Assembly: GCA_963828165.1 (NCBI GenBank)
Contig: CAWHDR010000005.1
Span: 96,001 to 160,000 of the forward strand
Source: an uncultured Chloroflexia bacterium
GTDB lineage: Bacteria > Chloroflexota > Limnocylindria > Limnocylindrales > CSP1-4
Reading direction: 5' to 3'
DNA length: 64,000 nucleotides
Positions 1-10,787 of this stretch are shown here, piece after piece. The notes under the pieces are model-generated. The model had not been told where the DNA came from. It searched no databases and worked only from the letters and a program-made list of their open reading frames with translations. Position numbers and translations under genes: made by a program. Position 1 is the stretch's first letter; every line of letters starts with the position of its first letter.

Positions 1-572
1 CGAGCGCCCGGCTGGTGGACCGGAGCGGCGGATCCGTCGTAGCCGGGCGGATCGTGGCGCACCCAATCGCCGCTCTTGCCGCCGCTCTTGGCGATGAGCC
101 GGATGGCACCGATCGTCACGCCGCGCTCGACGCCCTTGACCATGTCATACACGGTCAGTGCGGCGACCGAGGCGGCCGTCATGGCCTCCATCTCGACCCC
201 GGTCTGGCCGGTCGTCGCGGCCTCTGCGCGGATCCGCAGCAACCCGCCGGCCCGCTCCGGGGTGATCGAGACCTGCAGGTCGGTCAGCGGCAAGGGGTGG
301 CAGAGCGGGATCAGGTCGCTGGTCTTCTTGCCGCCCATCACGCCGGCGAGCTCCGCTACGCCAAGGACGTCGCCCTTGGGCCCGCCGCCGTCGATGACCA
401 GGCTGAGCGTCTCGGCGGACATCGACACCGTCGCCTCGGCGACGGCGCGTCGCGCGGTGATGGGCTTGTCGGACACGTCGACCATGCGCGGCCGGCCGCC
501 GCGGTCGACATGGGTCAGGCGGCGGCGCTCGGAGCGTGGGGCGAGCGATCGGCCGGCCTTGGGGTCCATCAC
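1..572 (-). CDS. moaC: Cyclic pyranopterin monophosphate synthase MoaC (3' end runs off window)
   Basis: Manual minus-strand translation gives [44 protein letters not shown]. Absent from the ORF track because there is no stop in the window. Confidence 0.95.
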   Translation of the reverse strand, partial: MMDPKAGRSLAPRSERRRLTHVDRGGRPRMVDVSDKPITARRAVAEATVSMSAETLSLVIDGGGPKGDVLGVAELAGVMGGKKTSDLIPLCHPLPLTDLQVSITPERAGGLLRIRAEAATTGQTGVEMEAMTAASVAALTVYDMVKGVERGVTIGAIRLIAKSGGKSGDWVRHDPPGYDGSAAPVHQPGA

Positions 573-612
573 CACCCGAGGATAGCGGGCGTGGCCACCG
601 GCCGGGAGCGCG

Positions 613-1974
613 TCAGGTGCGATCGAGCCACCAGAGCTCCACCTCGGCACCGGCCGGCAGGCTGTCGTCGGACTCGGGAATGACCGCCAGGGCGTCGGCC
701 GTGGCCAGCGCCGACAAGACGTGACTCCCCTGTCCCCCGGCGCCGCCGGCGAGGGACGCGTGGACTCGGCCACGATCGTCGCGCCTGGGCGAACCGGCCC
801 CATCGCGCTCCACCGCCACGCGGACGAACGCGCGCCGACCGCTGCTCTTCGTGACCGGATCGCCCAGGACAGCGCGGTCGATGGGGCGGAAGAGATCGTC
901 GTCACGATGACCGGCGAGCCGGCGGATGGCCGGACGGACGAACAGCTCGAAGGTGACGAAGGTCGAGACCGGGTTGCCCGGAAGCCCGAACAGGAGGGTC
1001 GCGGGCCGTTCGTCCGTCCCGTCGTCGCCGGGCGCTCGTCCGGTCCCGAAGGCGAACGGCTTCCCGGGCTGGACCGCGACGCGCCACAGGTCCACGGTCC
1101 CGAAGGCCTCGAAGGCGGCGCGGACGACGTCGTACGGTCCGACGGATACGCCGCCCGAGACGATCAGGGCATCGGCACCGTCGATCAGCCCGGCGCAGAT
1201 GCGGGCCTTGACGTCGTCCAACCGATCCTTGGCGATCCCCAGGACCCGCGGATCGCCGCCGGCCTCCTCGACCAGCGCGACGAGACCCGGGCCGTTGGCG
1301 TCCGGGATGCCCGCCGGCCCGAGGTCCCTCCCGGGCGACCGCACCTCGTCGCCGGTCGCCAGGATCCCGACGATCGGACGCCGATGGACGTAGAGCTGAT
1401 CGAGCCCGACCCCGGCCACAAGACTGAGGGCCGCGGGCGTCACGACCGTGCCAGGGCCCAGGATCGGGGTTCCCGCGGCGAGATCGCTGCCCGCCCGGCG
1501 GATGGAGCCGCCTGCAGGGGTCGCGGTATGGACCAGCACGCCCGCCGGGAGCGGACCCGTCGCGTCGCGGCCGCGCGATCCGGCGGGCGCACCTGCGGCG
1601 TCGAGCGGCGTGGTCGCCTCCACCGGAACCACCGCGTCCGCGCCCGGTGGCACGGGGGCGCCCGTTGCGATGCGCACTGCGCTGCCGCGCTGGACCGTGA
1701 CCTCGGGCGACTGCCCAGCCCGGACCTCGCCGATCACTTCGAGGCGAGTGGGTTCGTCCTCGTTCGCCCCGTCGACGTCCGCGGCCCGAATGGCGTATCC
1801 GTCCATCGCGGAGTTGTCCCATGGCGGCAGCGCGATCGGGCTGGTGACCGTCTCGGCGACCACGCGGCGGCGCGCCTCGATGAGCCAGACGACCTCGGCT
1901 GGAGTCGGGTCGGTGATCGCCGCAAAGACAGCGCCTCGGGCCTCCTCGACGCTCAGCAGCCGGTCGGTGCTCAC
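613..1974 (-). CDS. moeA: Molybdopterin molybdotransferase MoeA
   Basis: [40 protein letters not shown] motifs. Confidence 0.95.
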   Translation of the reverse strand: MSTDRLLSVEEARGAVFAAITDPTPAEVVWLIEARRRVVAETVTSPIALPPWDNSAMDGYAIRAADVDGANEDEPTRLEVIGEVRAGQSPEVTVQRGSAVRIATGAPVPPGADAVVPVEATTPLDAAGAPAGSRGRDATGPLPAGVLVHTATPAGGSIRRAGSDLAAGTPILGPGTVVTPAALSLVAGVGLDQLYVHRRPIVGILATGDEVRSPGRDLGPAGIPDANGPGLVALVEEAGGDPRVLGIAKDRLDDVKARICAGLIDGADALIVSGGVSVGPYDVVRAAFEAFGTVDLWRVAVQPGKPFAFGTGRAPGDDGTDERPATLLFGLPGNPVSTFVTFELFVRPAIRRLAGHRDDDLFRPIDRAVLGDPVTKSSGRRAFVRVAVERDGAGSPRRDDRGRVHASLAGGAGGQGSHVLSALATADALAVIPESDDSLPAGAEVELWWLDRT

Positions 1975-3122
1975 GACGCTGGGGCGCCTCCGGTCCGCAG
2001 GCGATCGCGGCCTCCCGCCTCGGCGATGGCCTTGGCGACGGCCCGTCTGGTCACGATGCCCGTCAGCGCACCGGCCTCGAGGACCGGCAGCCCGTCCAGG
2101 CCGCTTCCGTGGAATCGCTCGAGCGCATCGCGAAGGGACGTGTCGGGCCCGACGCTTGGCATCGCGTCACCGGTGACCATGAGGTCCTCCGCGCGGGTAC
2201 TTGCCCACCGGTCCCGCTTGATGCGCCGGATCTGCTTCGCACCGACCATCCCGAGGAGGTCCGCGCCGCGCACGACGGGCACGGATGACTGCGCGGAGCT
2301 GTCGAGGATCTGATCGGCGAACGTATCGAGCGTCAGGCCGGGCGGAACGCCAGTCACGTCGTGATCCATGACATCGGCCACGCGGATGCCATCGAGCATC
2401 ACGTCGACCGCGGCGCTGCGCTCGACCGCGCTGGCGCTCGAGACGATGAACCAGCCACACACGGCGAGCATCAGACCGTCGATCGAATCCACGATGAGGA
2501 TGCCCACGATCCCGCCCGTCGCGAACAGGATCCCGAGGTAGCGGCCGGACGAGGCCGCGATCTGCAGGCCGCGGGCCGGATCGCCCGTCCGCGCCCAGGC
2601 GAGACCGCGGACGATGCGGCCGCCGTCGAGCGGGAAAGCCGGCAGCAGGTTGACGCCGCCGAGCAGGAGGTTCATCACGCCGATCACCAGGGCGACGCGC
2701 CCGATGACGTGCACGGGTCCGCTGCCGGCCAGCTCGCCGATGAGGGTGATGACCAGGAGGCCGGCCCCTGCGATCAGGCTTACGAGCGGCCCGGCAGCCG
2801 CCACGAGGACTTCGTCGCGGGGTCGGGCGGTCTCGAGACGGGATGTCGCGGCCCCACCGAAGAAGTAGACGATGACGGGGCTGCCCGGCAAGCCGACGTG
2901 TCGCGCCGCGAGGGCATGTCCGAGCTCGTGGGCCAACGCCGAGAGGAGGAAGGCGGCCGCCACCACGGCCCCGATGACCCACCCGCCGGCAGCGCCGATC
3001 TCCGGGGCGATCACGGTGACCTGCGTCGCGGCGGTCACACCGATCACGGCCAGGATGATCGCCCACGAGACGTGGACCCGGATCTCGAAGCCGAACAGGC
3101 GCGCGATCGGCAGGGCATTCAT
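1971..3122 (-). CDS. Site-2 protease (M50) with C-terminal CBS pair
   Basis: HELGH and NLLPAFPLDGGR motifs plus CBS-like C-terminus. ATG at 3122 overlaps the upstream stop (ATGA). The track ORF is a false fusion with the upstream gene. Confidence 0.9.
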   Translation of the reverse strand: MNALPIARLFGFEIRVHVSWAIILAVIGVTAATQVTVIAPEIGAAGGWVIGAVVAAAFLLSALAHELGHALAARHVGLPGSPVIVYFFGGAATSRLETARPRDEVLVAAAGPLVSLIAGAGLLVITLIGELAGSGPVHVIGRVALVIGVMNLLLGGVNLLPAFPLDGGRIVRGLAWARTGDPARGLQIAASSGRYLGILFATGGIVGILIVDSIDGLMLAVCGWFIVSSASAVERSAAVDVMLDGIRVADVMDHDVTGVPPGLTLDTFADQILDSSAQSSVPVVRGADLLGMVGAKQIRRIKRDRWASTRAEDLMVTGDAMPSVGPDTSLRDALERFHGSGLDGLPVLEAGALTGIVTRRAVAKAIAEAGGRDRLRTGGAPAS

Positions 3123-3854
3123 CGTGAGGGACCGGTCGCACTCATCGAGGTAGCGTTTCCCTCGGCGACCCCGGCGGGGCGTCCCGCAGCCGCGCGGGCG
3201 TCCGCCGCGGACACGCGGATCGTCGCGACCGCGACGACGACCCCCGCCAGCACGATGCATACGCCGCCGACGACGATCGCCGTCTCCTGCCAGAACTGGA
3301 ACGGGAACAGCTGGACGAGCCGCTCGGTGGCCGGATCGAACGTGTACGAGCCACCGGCAAAGAAGATCCGATGGAAGATTTCGAACAGCGCGTCGAAGGC
3401 GACGAACGAAGCGATACCGCCCAGGATCAGGATCGAAAATCAGGCCCAGCGCCCCGCCAAGCACGGCCACCCAACTCTGCGTCCGCTCGGCGCCGCGTCG
3501 GCGGATGGCGATGAGGAGCGCGACCGCCGCCAGCGACGCCGCAACCGCGAAGAAGCCGATGAACACCCCACGCACGTCCCGCATGTGCCCGCGTTCGCGC
3601 TCGTTGAGCACCGGCGTCCCCGCCACGGCGACGTCGAAATCGGGCGGGCCGACGACGAGGTCGGCAAGGATCGCGTCCGTCGCGGCTCGCAGCTCAGGCT
3701 CGGTGAAGCCGGTCCAGGCAGTCGCCTGAGCACGGCCTTGCTCGAAGGCGACCCATACCGGGTTGAGGAACAGCGGCAGCGTCACCGCCACGATCGCCAG
3801 CGCCGTCGCGATGCCGATCAACACGTTGGCGGCCCCGCCGCGTTTGGTACGCAC
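3119..3854 (-). CDS. Lit/DUF1461-like lipoprotein intramolecular transacylase, +1 frameshift near 3436-3439
   Basis: GHMRDVRGVF in the first frame; FEIFHRIFFAGGSYTFDP..LVQLFP in the second frame, ending at TGA 3119-3121. Confidence 0.75.
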
Positions 3855-3900
3855 GGAGGCATCGTAGTCCGTCCGGGCGAGGAGACCCGGCGATGACCCG

Positions 3901-4290
3901 CTATTCGTCCTCGAGCGTGCGGGCCTGTTCCCACCAGCCGGCGATCGTCGCGTCGCTCGGTGGTTCTTCGTTCAGCTCGATCGCTGCCTGCAGGATGCGG
4001 AGGCGAAAGGCGTCGCCGGACAGGGAAAGGATGTCCCGCAGCCCCTCGATCCGGGCCTGGATCAGCAGCTGGTGGTCGGCCGGCCCGAAGCTCGCGAGGT
4101 TGAGCATGAGCGCCTCGTCGCGCCAGGTGAGGACGTCGTTGGTCGTGGCGTCGAGCTGGTCGGCGAGGTACTGGCGGCGCGTCGCGGTCTCGGAGCGCTC
4201 GAGCAGCAGGCCCGTGGTGAACGTGCCCTGGCGTTCCAGTTTCTCCAGCAGGACCGGTTCGATGCGGGTGAGTTCGGTGATCGGCGGCAT
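3901..4290 (-). CDS. DUF4332-like helix-hairpin-helix protein
   Basis: ITELTRIEP..KLERQG..TT..LL..R..LA pattern and C-terminal PS...IAGWWEQAR; -10 GATAAT 6 nt upstream of ATG. Confidence 0.75.
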   Translation of the reverse strand: MPPITELTRIEPVLLEKLERQGTFTTGLLLERSETATRRQYLADQLDATTNDVLTWRDEALMLNLASFGPADHQLLIQARIEGLRDILSLSGDAFRLRILQAAIELNEEPPSDATIAGWWEQARTLEDE

Positions 4291-4345
4291 GGCGGCATTA
4301 TCGGCCATGCTTCGAGCGGCCACTGGGCACCTCTGCACTCACGTC

Positions 4346-4629
4346 GTGGCGGGTCGAGTCGTGCTCGTCATCGCACTGCTGTTCGTGGCGTCGGCTTGTG
4401 CCACGGATGGCGACGTCGAACCGCGTGCCGTCAGCGCCCCGCTCCAAGGACCGTGGCGACCGGTCCCGATCGCCCTGGTAGGGCCGATCGTCGAAATCGT
4501 GGATCGTGCGTGCCGCGCGTCGATGGACGAGTTCCCAAAGGAGACCCGGTGGACGTCATCGACGCACGCGGCGCCGGTCGCGTCCAGGCAATCCGCCCCT
4601 GGGGCTGGCGTATCGTGCTCGCACCGTAG
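4346..4629 (+). pseudogene. Truncated, frameshifted putative lipoprotein remnant
   Basis: Signal peptide with lipobox-like ASAC; frame change near 4545 into VDVIDARGAGR, then early stop. Confidence 0.35.
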
Positions 4630-4823
4630 GGACGCGCCCGGTCCTTTGACACTAGGTCGACTGCCCTAACGCGACGCCGCCATGGCGCCATGCGGGTGCA
4701 AGTGCAGAGCGCTCGCAGTTGCCGCGCTCGCAGTCTGCCACCCGGCTACTATCCACTGTCCAAGCGGACGTCGTCGGCCGCCCGCATCACCAGTGGGCCA
4801 CCGGCACAGCACGGGAGCGAGCC

Positions 4824-5027
4824 ATGCCCCCCCGAAACGCCTCCCAGATCCTTGCCGAATGGCACGAGCTCGCCATGGAGCGCGATGAAGCCACGGACGC
4901 CGAGATCGCCGACGGGCTTGCGGCGCGGATCGAGCAACTCCGCCGCGAGTACATCGAGGGCGTTCCGCCTGAGACACACGGCACGCAGCGGCCGGTCAAC
5001 GAACGAACGGGTGAAAACCTCCGCTGA
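4824..5027 (+). CDS. Small helical hypothetical protein (67 aa)
   Basis: GGGAG SD-like site, GC3-rich codons, helical sequence ILAEWHELAMERDE..IEQLRREY. Confidence 0.55.
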   Translation: MPPRNASQILAEWHELAMERDEATDAEIADGLAARIEQLRREYIEGVPPETHGTQRPVNERTGENLR

Positions 5028-5442
5028 CCGCTCCGGGATTCGGGCGGGTGCTGCTCGCCCGACCGCATGAAGAGGGGCCCGGCCGCCCCGTCTCAGGAAT
5101 GTGGCCGAGCCCAGGTCAACGGACGTCGCTCCAAGGCCTCCAGGGGCAGGACTGCCGTCGCCGACGTGACGCTACGGGCGCGGAGGATGCGCCGCCAGTC
5201 CAAGTGCGACTCGAGTCATTGCACCCGCGTAACAGGGTAGCGTCCTCCCGTCGCCGTTCGAGCTCGTGCCATTCCCAGGGCCTGCGCGTGTTTCTCGCTG
5301 CCGACCGATAGCGCTTGCCAGCGCGACCTTCACCCTCGCGCCGCGTGACCGACGCCGGGAGACGGCCGGACCGGCGCTTCACGGCGACAGGCCGAGAGTA
5401 TGGTGGGCCGACCCCAGACGGATCGGGATCGAGGAGGGCGAG

Positions 5443-6303
5443 ATGCAACCTGGCGAACACGACGAGATCCAGGCCATTCGGGCCGAGTTGGAGGGCCTGC
5501 GGACGCAGATCGATGCGGTCGGCTCGGCTGCCGGCCCATCATGGTGGGCACGAGCGACCTCCCGGCCGAGGCTGGCCAAGCGCCTCACCCGCGTCGCGCT
5601 CGTCGGCTTGATGCTGGCGCTGCCGGTAATGGTCAGCGCGAGCCACCAGTTTACGGACGTCCCGACGTCGCACACGTTCCACACCGCCATCTCGCGGCTG
5701 TACGGGGCGCGACTTACGACCGGGTGTTCAGCCACGAAGTTCTGTCCGGGCGCGAACGTGTCGCGCGGCCAGATGGCGGCGTTCCTGAACCGCGGGCTCG
5801 GCCGGGCGTCGGGCACGTGGAGCGCGACCGGGATCGCCAATGACTGGGTCGCCATGGACGACAACGTGTTGGGCGCGATCAGCCTCTTGCACGGCGGAGC
5901 CCCAGGTGGGTCCGGTCACGTCCTCGTGACAGCCAGCGTGTCGGTGTACACCAAGCGTGCGGGAACGTGCCCCTGCGAGCTTGCCGTGTGGCTCATCAAC
6001 GAAGACACCGGTGAAGAATCTCCAGGGTCGTTCCAGATCATCCAAGACGTGCCGGGCCCCCTGGACGAGACCGACACTGCGTGGTACTCGGGTGCCGCGT
6101 CGAGCTCGTTCCTCTTCTGGGTCCCGTCCGGTGTCAGCAACACGTATGTTCTGGGGGCGTCCGTGACTCCGACCTCGGCGCCCGGCGGCGACACGTCTGG
6201 TGCCGAGTGGAGCATGTCCGCGGTGTATGTCCCCTTCGGTGGGGACGGTGGCAACCCATCCCTCAACAGCACGCAGGGTGTCGACGGCCGCCGCCGTCAC
6301 TGA
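5443..6303 (+). CDS. S-layer homology (SLH) domain surface protein
   Basis: GAGGAG SD; hydrophobic segment followed by FTDVP..TTGCSATKFCPGANVSRGQMAAFL (Cys-type SLH). Confidence 0.85.
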   Translation: MQPGEHDEIQAIRAELEGLRTQIDAVGSAAGPSWWARATSRPRLAKRLTRVALVGLMLALPVMVSASHQFTDVPTSHTFHTAISRLYGARLTTGCSATKFCPGANVSRGQMAAFLNRGLGRASGTWSATGIANDWVAMDDNVLGAISLLHGGAPGGSGHVLVTASVSVYTKRAGTCPCELAVWLINEDTGEESPGSFQIIQDVPGPLDETDTAWYSGAASSSFLFWVPSGVSNTYVLGASVTPTSAPGGDTSGAEWSMSAVYVPFGGDGGNPSLNSTQGVDGRRRH

Positions 6304-6312
6304 CCGTCTCCC

Positions 6313-6345
6313 GTCCGGACCTCGGCGGCCAGCCGGGGTCCGGAC
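6313..6345. terminator. Hairpin between convergent genes, likely bidirectional terminator
   Basis: GTCCGGACCTCGGC-ggcca-GCCGGGGTCCGGAC, 14-bp stem with one G-U pair. Confidence 0.6.
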
Positions 6346-6348
6346 ACC

Positions 6349-6951
6349 TCACGTTTCGCGCGACCAGCGCATCGGGCCGACCTTGCGGCCCGCGGCCGAA
6401 TCGGCGATCAGCGTCTCGAGCCGGCGCGCCCGCGTGGCCGCCTGCTTTGCGCTGGTCACCCAATGCGTCACGGCTCGGCGGTATGAGGGCGGTCGCGACT
6501 CCCAGTCTGCCCACGCCCGCCCCTCGGCCCGGAACCGCGCCTCTTCCTCAGCGGTAAGCGTCGCCTCGGGCTGCTCGTACGAATAGATGGCGGTGTTGGC
6601 GTCGGATCGGGCCTCGAAGGCGGCGATCCCGGCCGGCCACATCCGCCCTTCCTCTGACAGCGCCGCGACTTTCGCCACGTTGATCGCGCTCCAGGTGCTC
6701 CCCCTGCGGCGCGGGGTGAACCGCTGGACGAATGAGGTCTCGTCGACGCTTCGGCGGATCCCGTCGATCCAGCCCACGCACAGGGCTTCGTCCACGGCCT
6801 GCGACCAGTCCACGCTCGGGCGCCCGCTGGCCTTGCGGTAGTACCCGAGCCACAGCTCGGCGGCGGTCTCGTGGTTGGCGTCGAACCAATCGCGCAGTTC
6901 GTCCGGTGTCGCGAAGAACCGGACGTCGTGCGGTTGCGGGCTCGGGCTCAA
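6349..6951 (-). CDS. YdeI/OmpD-associated family protein
   Basis: EALCVGWIDG, RFTPRR..STWSAIN, WVTSAKQAATRARRL; TTG start uncertain. Confidence 0.88.
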   Translation of the reverse strand: MSPSPQPHDVRFFATPDELRDWFDANHETAAELWLGYYRKASGRPSVDWSQAVDEALCVGWIDGIRRSVDETSFVQRFTPRRRGSTWSAINVAKVAALSEEGRMWPAGIAAFEARSDANTAIYSYEQPEATLTAEEEARFRAEGRAWADWESRPPSYRRAVTHWVTSAKQAATRARRLETLIADSAAGRKVGPMRWSRET

Positions 6952-6997
6952 GCGGCCGCTGGATCGCGCGGCGAGGTCCTCGCGCGCTCGTGCTCGC

Positions 6998-8089
6998 TCA
7001 GCTGACTTGCTCCATCTCGCGGAACAGTTCCTCGAACTCCGGCGCCATCGCGGCAAAGACTGCGAGGCCCAGGATGATCGCCAATCCGACGGCGATCACG
7101 ATGAGCACCAGGCATCCGATGACGACGGCTCCATCGCCGCTCGTCGTGGAGCGGATGACCAGCGAGTTCGCCCACTTGTCATGGAGACCCTGCCGCCGGT
7201 CGTTGGTGATCGCCGTAAAGAACAGGAACAGCGAGAGCGCGAACTGCGCGATCCCTGCAGCCGACTGCAGCGCCGGCACGAGGATCAGGAGTGCGAGCGG
7301 AGCCCCAAGGGCGATGAACCGCTTGGTCGCCGCGGTCAGGGACATGCCCGCGCCCGTCGCAGCGTCGACCACCTGCATCCGCAGACCGCGCATGCCGGGT
7401 GTGGCGCGCGCTCCGCTGGTCCAGAACCCGACGAAGTACAGGAACTGGATCGCCACGGAGATCAGCGTGACGAGGATGAGCGCCGGCGTGACCGCCATCA
7501 CGAACGACGTCTGGGCCGCGGGCGTGCCCGACTCGGCCGCATCGATGGCCTGCTGCATCATGCCCCGGTAGTCCACGACCAGGAGCGTCAGGATGGTCGG
7601 GATGATCGAGACGATGAGGCCGTCGATGAAGTAGGCCACCAGCCGGGCGCCCATGCCCGCGATGACGTACCCCTCGCGACCCGGGGCCGCGCTCGCCGGG
7701 GGCGGCGCCTCCCAGCCGACCAGCGGGGCGGCCGCGGCGGCCGATGGATCCGTGGATTCCGGGGGCACGGTCGGGCTGGCGCTGATGATCGGGCTCGCCG
7801 GGGGAGGCGTCGCGTCAGACGGTGCGGAGACGGGTGGGGTCGTGTCGCTCTGCGCCCACTCGGGCTGCCTCGGTTCGGCCGACGTTGGGTCGGTTGGGGT
7901 TGCGTCGATGGGCGTTGCGTCGGTCGGCGCCGGCACCGGAACATCGAGCGGGGCCGGCTGCGTCGGGGTCGACTCGGCCGGTGGCTCGGGCGGTGTCCAG
8001 GCGATGGTCGGCTGGTCCTCCGGCGGGACGGGATCGTTGGGACCCGTGTCGTCGGGCCGACGGTCCTGATCGTCGGGTGGCTGCGTCAT
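6998..8089 (-). CDS. RDD family membrane protein with Pro-rich N-terminus
   Basis: RLVAYFID, TPGMRGLRMQVV, RQGLHDKWA; GGAG SD. Confidence 0.9.
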   Translation of the reverse strand: MTQPPDDQDRRPDDTGPNDPVPPEDQPTIAWTPPEPPAESTPTQPAPLDVPVPAPTDATPIDATPTDPTSAEPRQPEWAQSDTTPPVSAPSDATPPPASPIISASPTVPPESTDPSAAAAAPLVGWEAPPPASAAPGREGYVIAGMGARLVAYFIDGLIVSIIPTILTLLVVDYRGMMQQAIDAAESGTPAAQTSFVMAVTPALILVTLISVAIQFLYFVGFWTSGARATPGMRGLRMQVVDAATGAGMSLTAATKRFIALGAPLALLILVPALQSAAGIAQFALSLFLFFTAITNDRRQGLHDKWANSLVIRSTTSGDGAVVIGCLVLIVIAVGLAIILGLAVFAAMAPEFEELFREMEQVS

Positions 8090-8157
8090 CGTGCTCCCCT
8101 TCCATGCGTCGACTCCGGTGCCATGATAGGGGCCAGAATTCGACGTCGGAGGCATGG

Positions 8158-8385
8158 ATGGGCACGGATCACGGCGTAACCCCGTCGGAGGGCGCGACAT
8201 GCGCCCGCTGCGGTGAGTCCATCGCGCCGGGGTCGCCGCTGTATTCGGACCATGTCCGCTCAGCGGACGGTCAGCTCCGGTGCGCGGAGTGCGAACGAGC
8301 CGGGCGCGGCATCGTCATCCCGGACATGGAACGCTCGGACGTTCCCATCACCCAGCCGAACACGAACTTCCCCAGCTCGCACTGA
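8158..8385 (+). CDS. Small CxxC..CxxC zinc-finger protein (75 aa)
   Basis: GGAGG SD; CARC and CAEC motifs. Confidence 0.6.
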   Translation: MGTDHGVTPSEGATCARCGESIAPGSPLYSDHVRSADGQLRCAECERAGRGIVIPDMERSDVPITQPNTNFPSSH

Positions 8386-8391
8386 CCCGCG

Positions 8392-9081
8392 TCAGTGCGG
8401 GTGCCCGGGAGCTGCCCAAGGCCTCGCCGGAAGGGCGAACACGTACGTGTCCTTCACCTCGGCGTTCTCGAGCTCGAGGGTCGTTCGTACGCGATAGGTC
8501 GCCAGTTGCTGGAGCCCGGGAGGCAGGTATTTCCGCCCCGGGTCGCCGATCAGCACCCGCGTGCCACGCGACGCAGCGACACTGAGCCATTCGATCACGC
8601 GGGTTCCCATCGTCTGCTCGTAGCAGACATCGCCCGCCAGGATCACGTCGCATGCCGGCGGTGGCTCGCTGAGCGGGTCGACGCGCGTGAACCCGACGTG
8701 GACGCGGTTGATCCGGGCGTTCAGCGCGACGGCCGCCTCGGACAGTGGATCGATGTCGAACGCCCGGACCGAGCTTGCCCCGGCTTGCGCCGCGACGATG
8801 GCGCACAGGCCGGATCCCGAGCCCACGTCGACGACACGCTGGCCAGCGACCTCGTCCGGATGCTCGTCAAGGTAGCGCGCGATCCCGAGTCCACCAGTCC
8901 ACGCGAAGGCCCAGAAGGGCAAGCCCGGGTCGGCCTGCCCCAGCTCCGCCCCAGCGAGGCGCGAGGCGACGGCGACATCGTCGGCGAGGTGGAGGCGCAC
9001 GCCCGGGAGGTCCGGCACACGCTGGAGGCGCGTCATTCGCCGAACGAAGGCGCGACGGTTGGCCGGTGATGGACGGGGCAT
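8392..9081 (-). CDS. Class I SAM-dependent (protein lysine-type) methyltransferase
   Basis: PFWAFAW.GG, VVDVGSGSG, ILAGDVCYE, IGDPGRKYLP. Confidence 0.9.
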   Translation of the reverse strand: MPRPSPANRRAFVRRMTRLQRVPDLPGVRLHLADDVAVASRLAGAELGQADPGLPFWAFAWTGGLGIARYLDEHPDEVAGQRVVDVGSGSGLCAIVAAQAGASSVRAFDIDPLSEAAVALNARINRVHVGFTRVDPLSEPPPACDVILAGDVCYEQTMGTRVIEWLSVAASRGTRVLIGDPGRKYLPPGLQQLATYRVRTTLELENAEVKDTYVFALPARPWAAPGHPH

Positions 9082-9445
9082 CGGGTCAGCCCGGCCGCCG
9101 GTCAGGGTCGCGTCGGTGGTGGTTCCGCGCCTGGCCGCCGGCGTGGGGACAAGGTGAGAACGGGGCTCGGCGGTCGTCGGAGGAGACTGGCCGAGCCCCG
9201 CGTCGACGGGCCGCCACAACCCCCAGTGGCGGGACGGCCGTCGCCGATGTCGGACTCTACGACCGGGGGGTCATCGGGCGTGAGGCACGGCGTCGGACGG
9301 ATCGTTTCATGCGCGTCACAGGCGTATCGTGGACGGCCCGGTAGGGCACTCCCGGGGTCGCCTGCGTATCCGAAAGCCCAAGTGCACCGCCGGGAGCGTC
9401 TGGCGCGGATGTTCGATGCGGACATGTCCCCATTCGTGGGCAGGG

Positions 9446-10636
9446 TTACAGGCCCTGGAAGCGCCGCCGGACACGGCTGAGAAGGGACGGGCCCCCGGCC
9501 GGGCGCTGCAGGACCTGAAACTCCCCTTCGCTCCGGAAGCCGAGGCTCTCGTACAGCGGTTTCCCCATCGCGGTCGATTCCAGGACGGCGTGCCGAACAC
9601 CTCGGGTCCGGGCGTCGCGGAGGACCTCGACAGTGACGGCCCGCCCGAAGCCCATGTGTCGGGCCGCCGGCAGTGTCGCGATGCTGTAAAGACCGACCGT
9701 CGACCCGACAACGACCGCTGTGGCGGTAGCCACGGGTTGGTCCATGTGCCTCGCCACGACCGTTCGGATCCCGGTGTCCGGATCGGCGAGCGATGCCAGA
9801 GGTGACGCAAGGACGCGAGCTTTGCGGGAGGACATGCCGAAACTCCGCAGCGACAGTGCCTGCGCCTCCACCATCTCATTCCTATCGGTGACATACACCA
9901 AGTCAACTTGGGGGATCCGCTCCCCGATCGGCAACGCTCGCAGATCCAGGACCATCGCGGGGGTCGCCTCCGGCGAGCGAACATAGCCAGCTCGCCGCAA
10001 CCTTTCCGTCAGGTCGCTCGGCGTTGACTGCTCGTCGAGCCACCAGGACGAGCCGACGCCGGCGCTGTCAAACCGCTCGATGATCGATCGAATCCGATCT
10101 GGAGTTGGTCCCAGCCTCGGCCGCATGACTCGATTGACGACGGGAAGGTCGACCGAAGTAACGGCCGATGCAAGGTCCGGTTCCCATTCGACGGCGTCAG
10201 TCCGAGCCGGAAGCAGGGCCCGCGCGTACGCCAGATATGTATCGACCAGCGCATCTATCGGATCAATGCCGGGCGAAGGTGGGCGGGATGTTCGGCCCCG
10301 CAAGCGAGGGGCGGGGTCGCTGGCATGCGAGCTGGCGTGACGGGGAGGCCGGCCGGCCCGGCGTCGGAGTTCGCCATCGATCACTGCCGAAACCACAGGC
10401 TCGTTGTGGGCAGGGTGGCACAGGGTGGCGAGCACAGCCACGACCGCCACGGATACCGCGCCGCGCAGGGTTGGGCCGACCGCTACTCGCCTGAGGGCCA
10501 AGTAGACCCAGGCAAGAGGGCTCCGTGGGCCGACCGCGCGTACAGTCGAGGCCGGTCGATGGCGCGAGCTCCGGACCCAGCCGACACGCTTTGCGATTAG
10601 GAGGTAGCGCGGCACGTAACGGGCGAGCTCGATCAC
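9446..10636 (-). CDS. GNAT family N-acetyltransferase (start uncertain, long N-terminal extension)
   Basis: IATLPAARHMGFG acetyl-CoA motif and GKPLYESLGF; GGAGG 8 nt before GTG. Confidence 0.8.
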   Translation of the reverse strand: MIELARYVPRYLLIAKRVGWVRSSRHRPASTVRAVGPRSPLAWVYLALRRVAVGPTLRGAVSVAVVAVLATLCHPAHNEPVVSAVIDGELRRRAGRPPRHASSHASDPAPRLRGRTSRPPSPGIDPIDALVDTYLAYARALLPARTDAVEWEPDLASAVTSVDLPVVNRVMRPRLGPTPDRIRSIIERFDSAGVGSSWWLDEQSTPSDLTERLRRAGYVRSPEATPAMVLDLRALPIGERIPQVDLVYVTDRNEMVEAQALSLRSFGMSSRKARVLASPLASLADPDTGIRTVVARHMDQPVATATAVVVGSTVGLYSIATLPAARHMGFGRAVTVEVLRDARTRGVRHAVLESTAMGKPLYESLGFRSEGEFQVLQRPAGGPSLLSRVRRRFQGL

Positions 10637-10787
10637 CGCATCGTCCTCCGTGTTGCCGCCCCGGAGACCTGGCAGTCAGCCGCGAGGACGACCCAGCACT
10701 TGCCCCGCTCAGGCAATTCGAGCACCCGCACCTGGGATGTCGTCGGTTGATGTGTCGCAGGGCGGCAGCCGACCTCGTACGTGCAAA

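Noticed and set aside
1971-3854. 627-aa Lit/S2P fusion in the ORF track
   Set aside because: Artefact of the +1 frameshift; the genes separate cleanly at an ATGA overlap.
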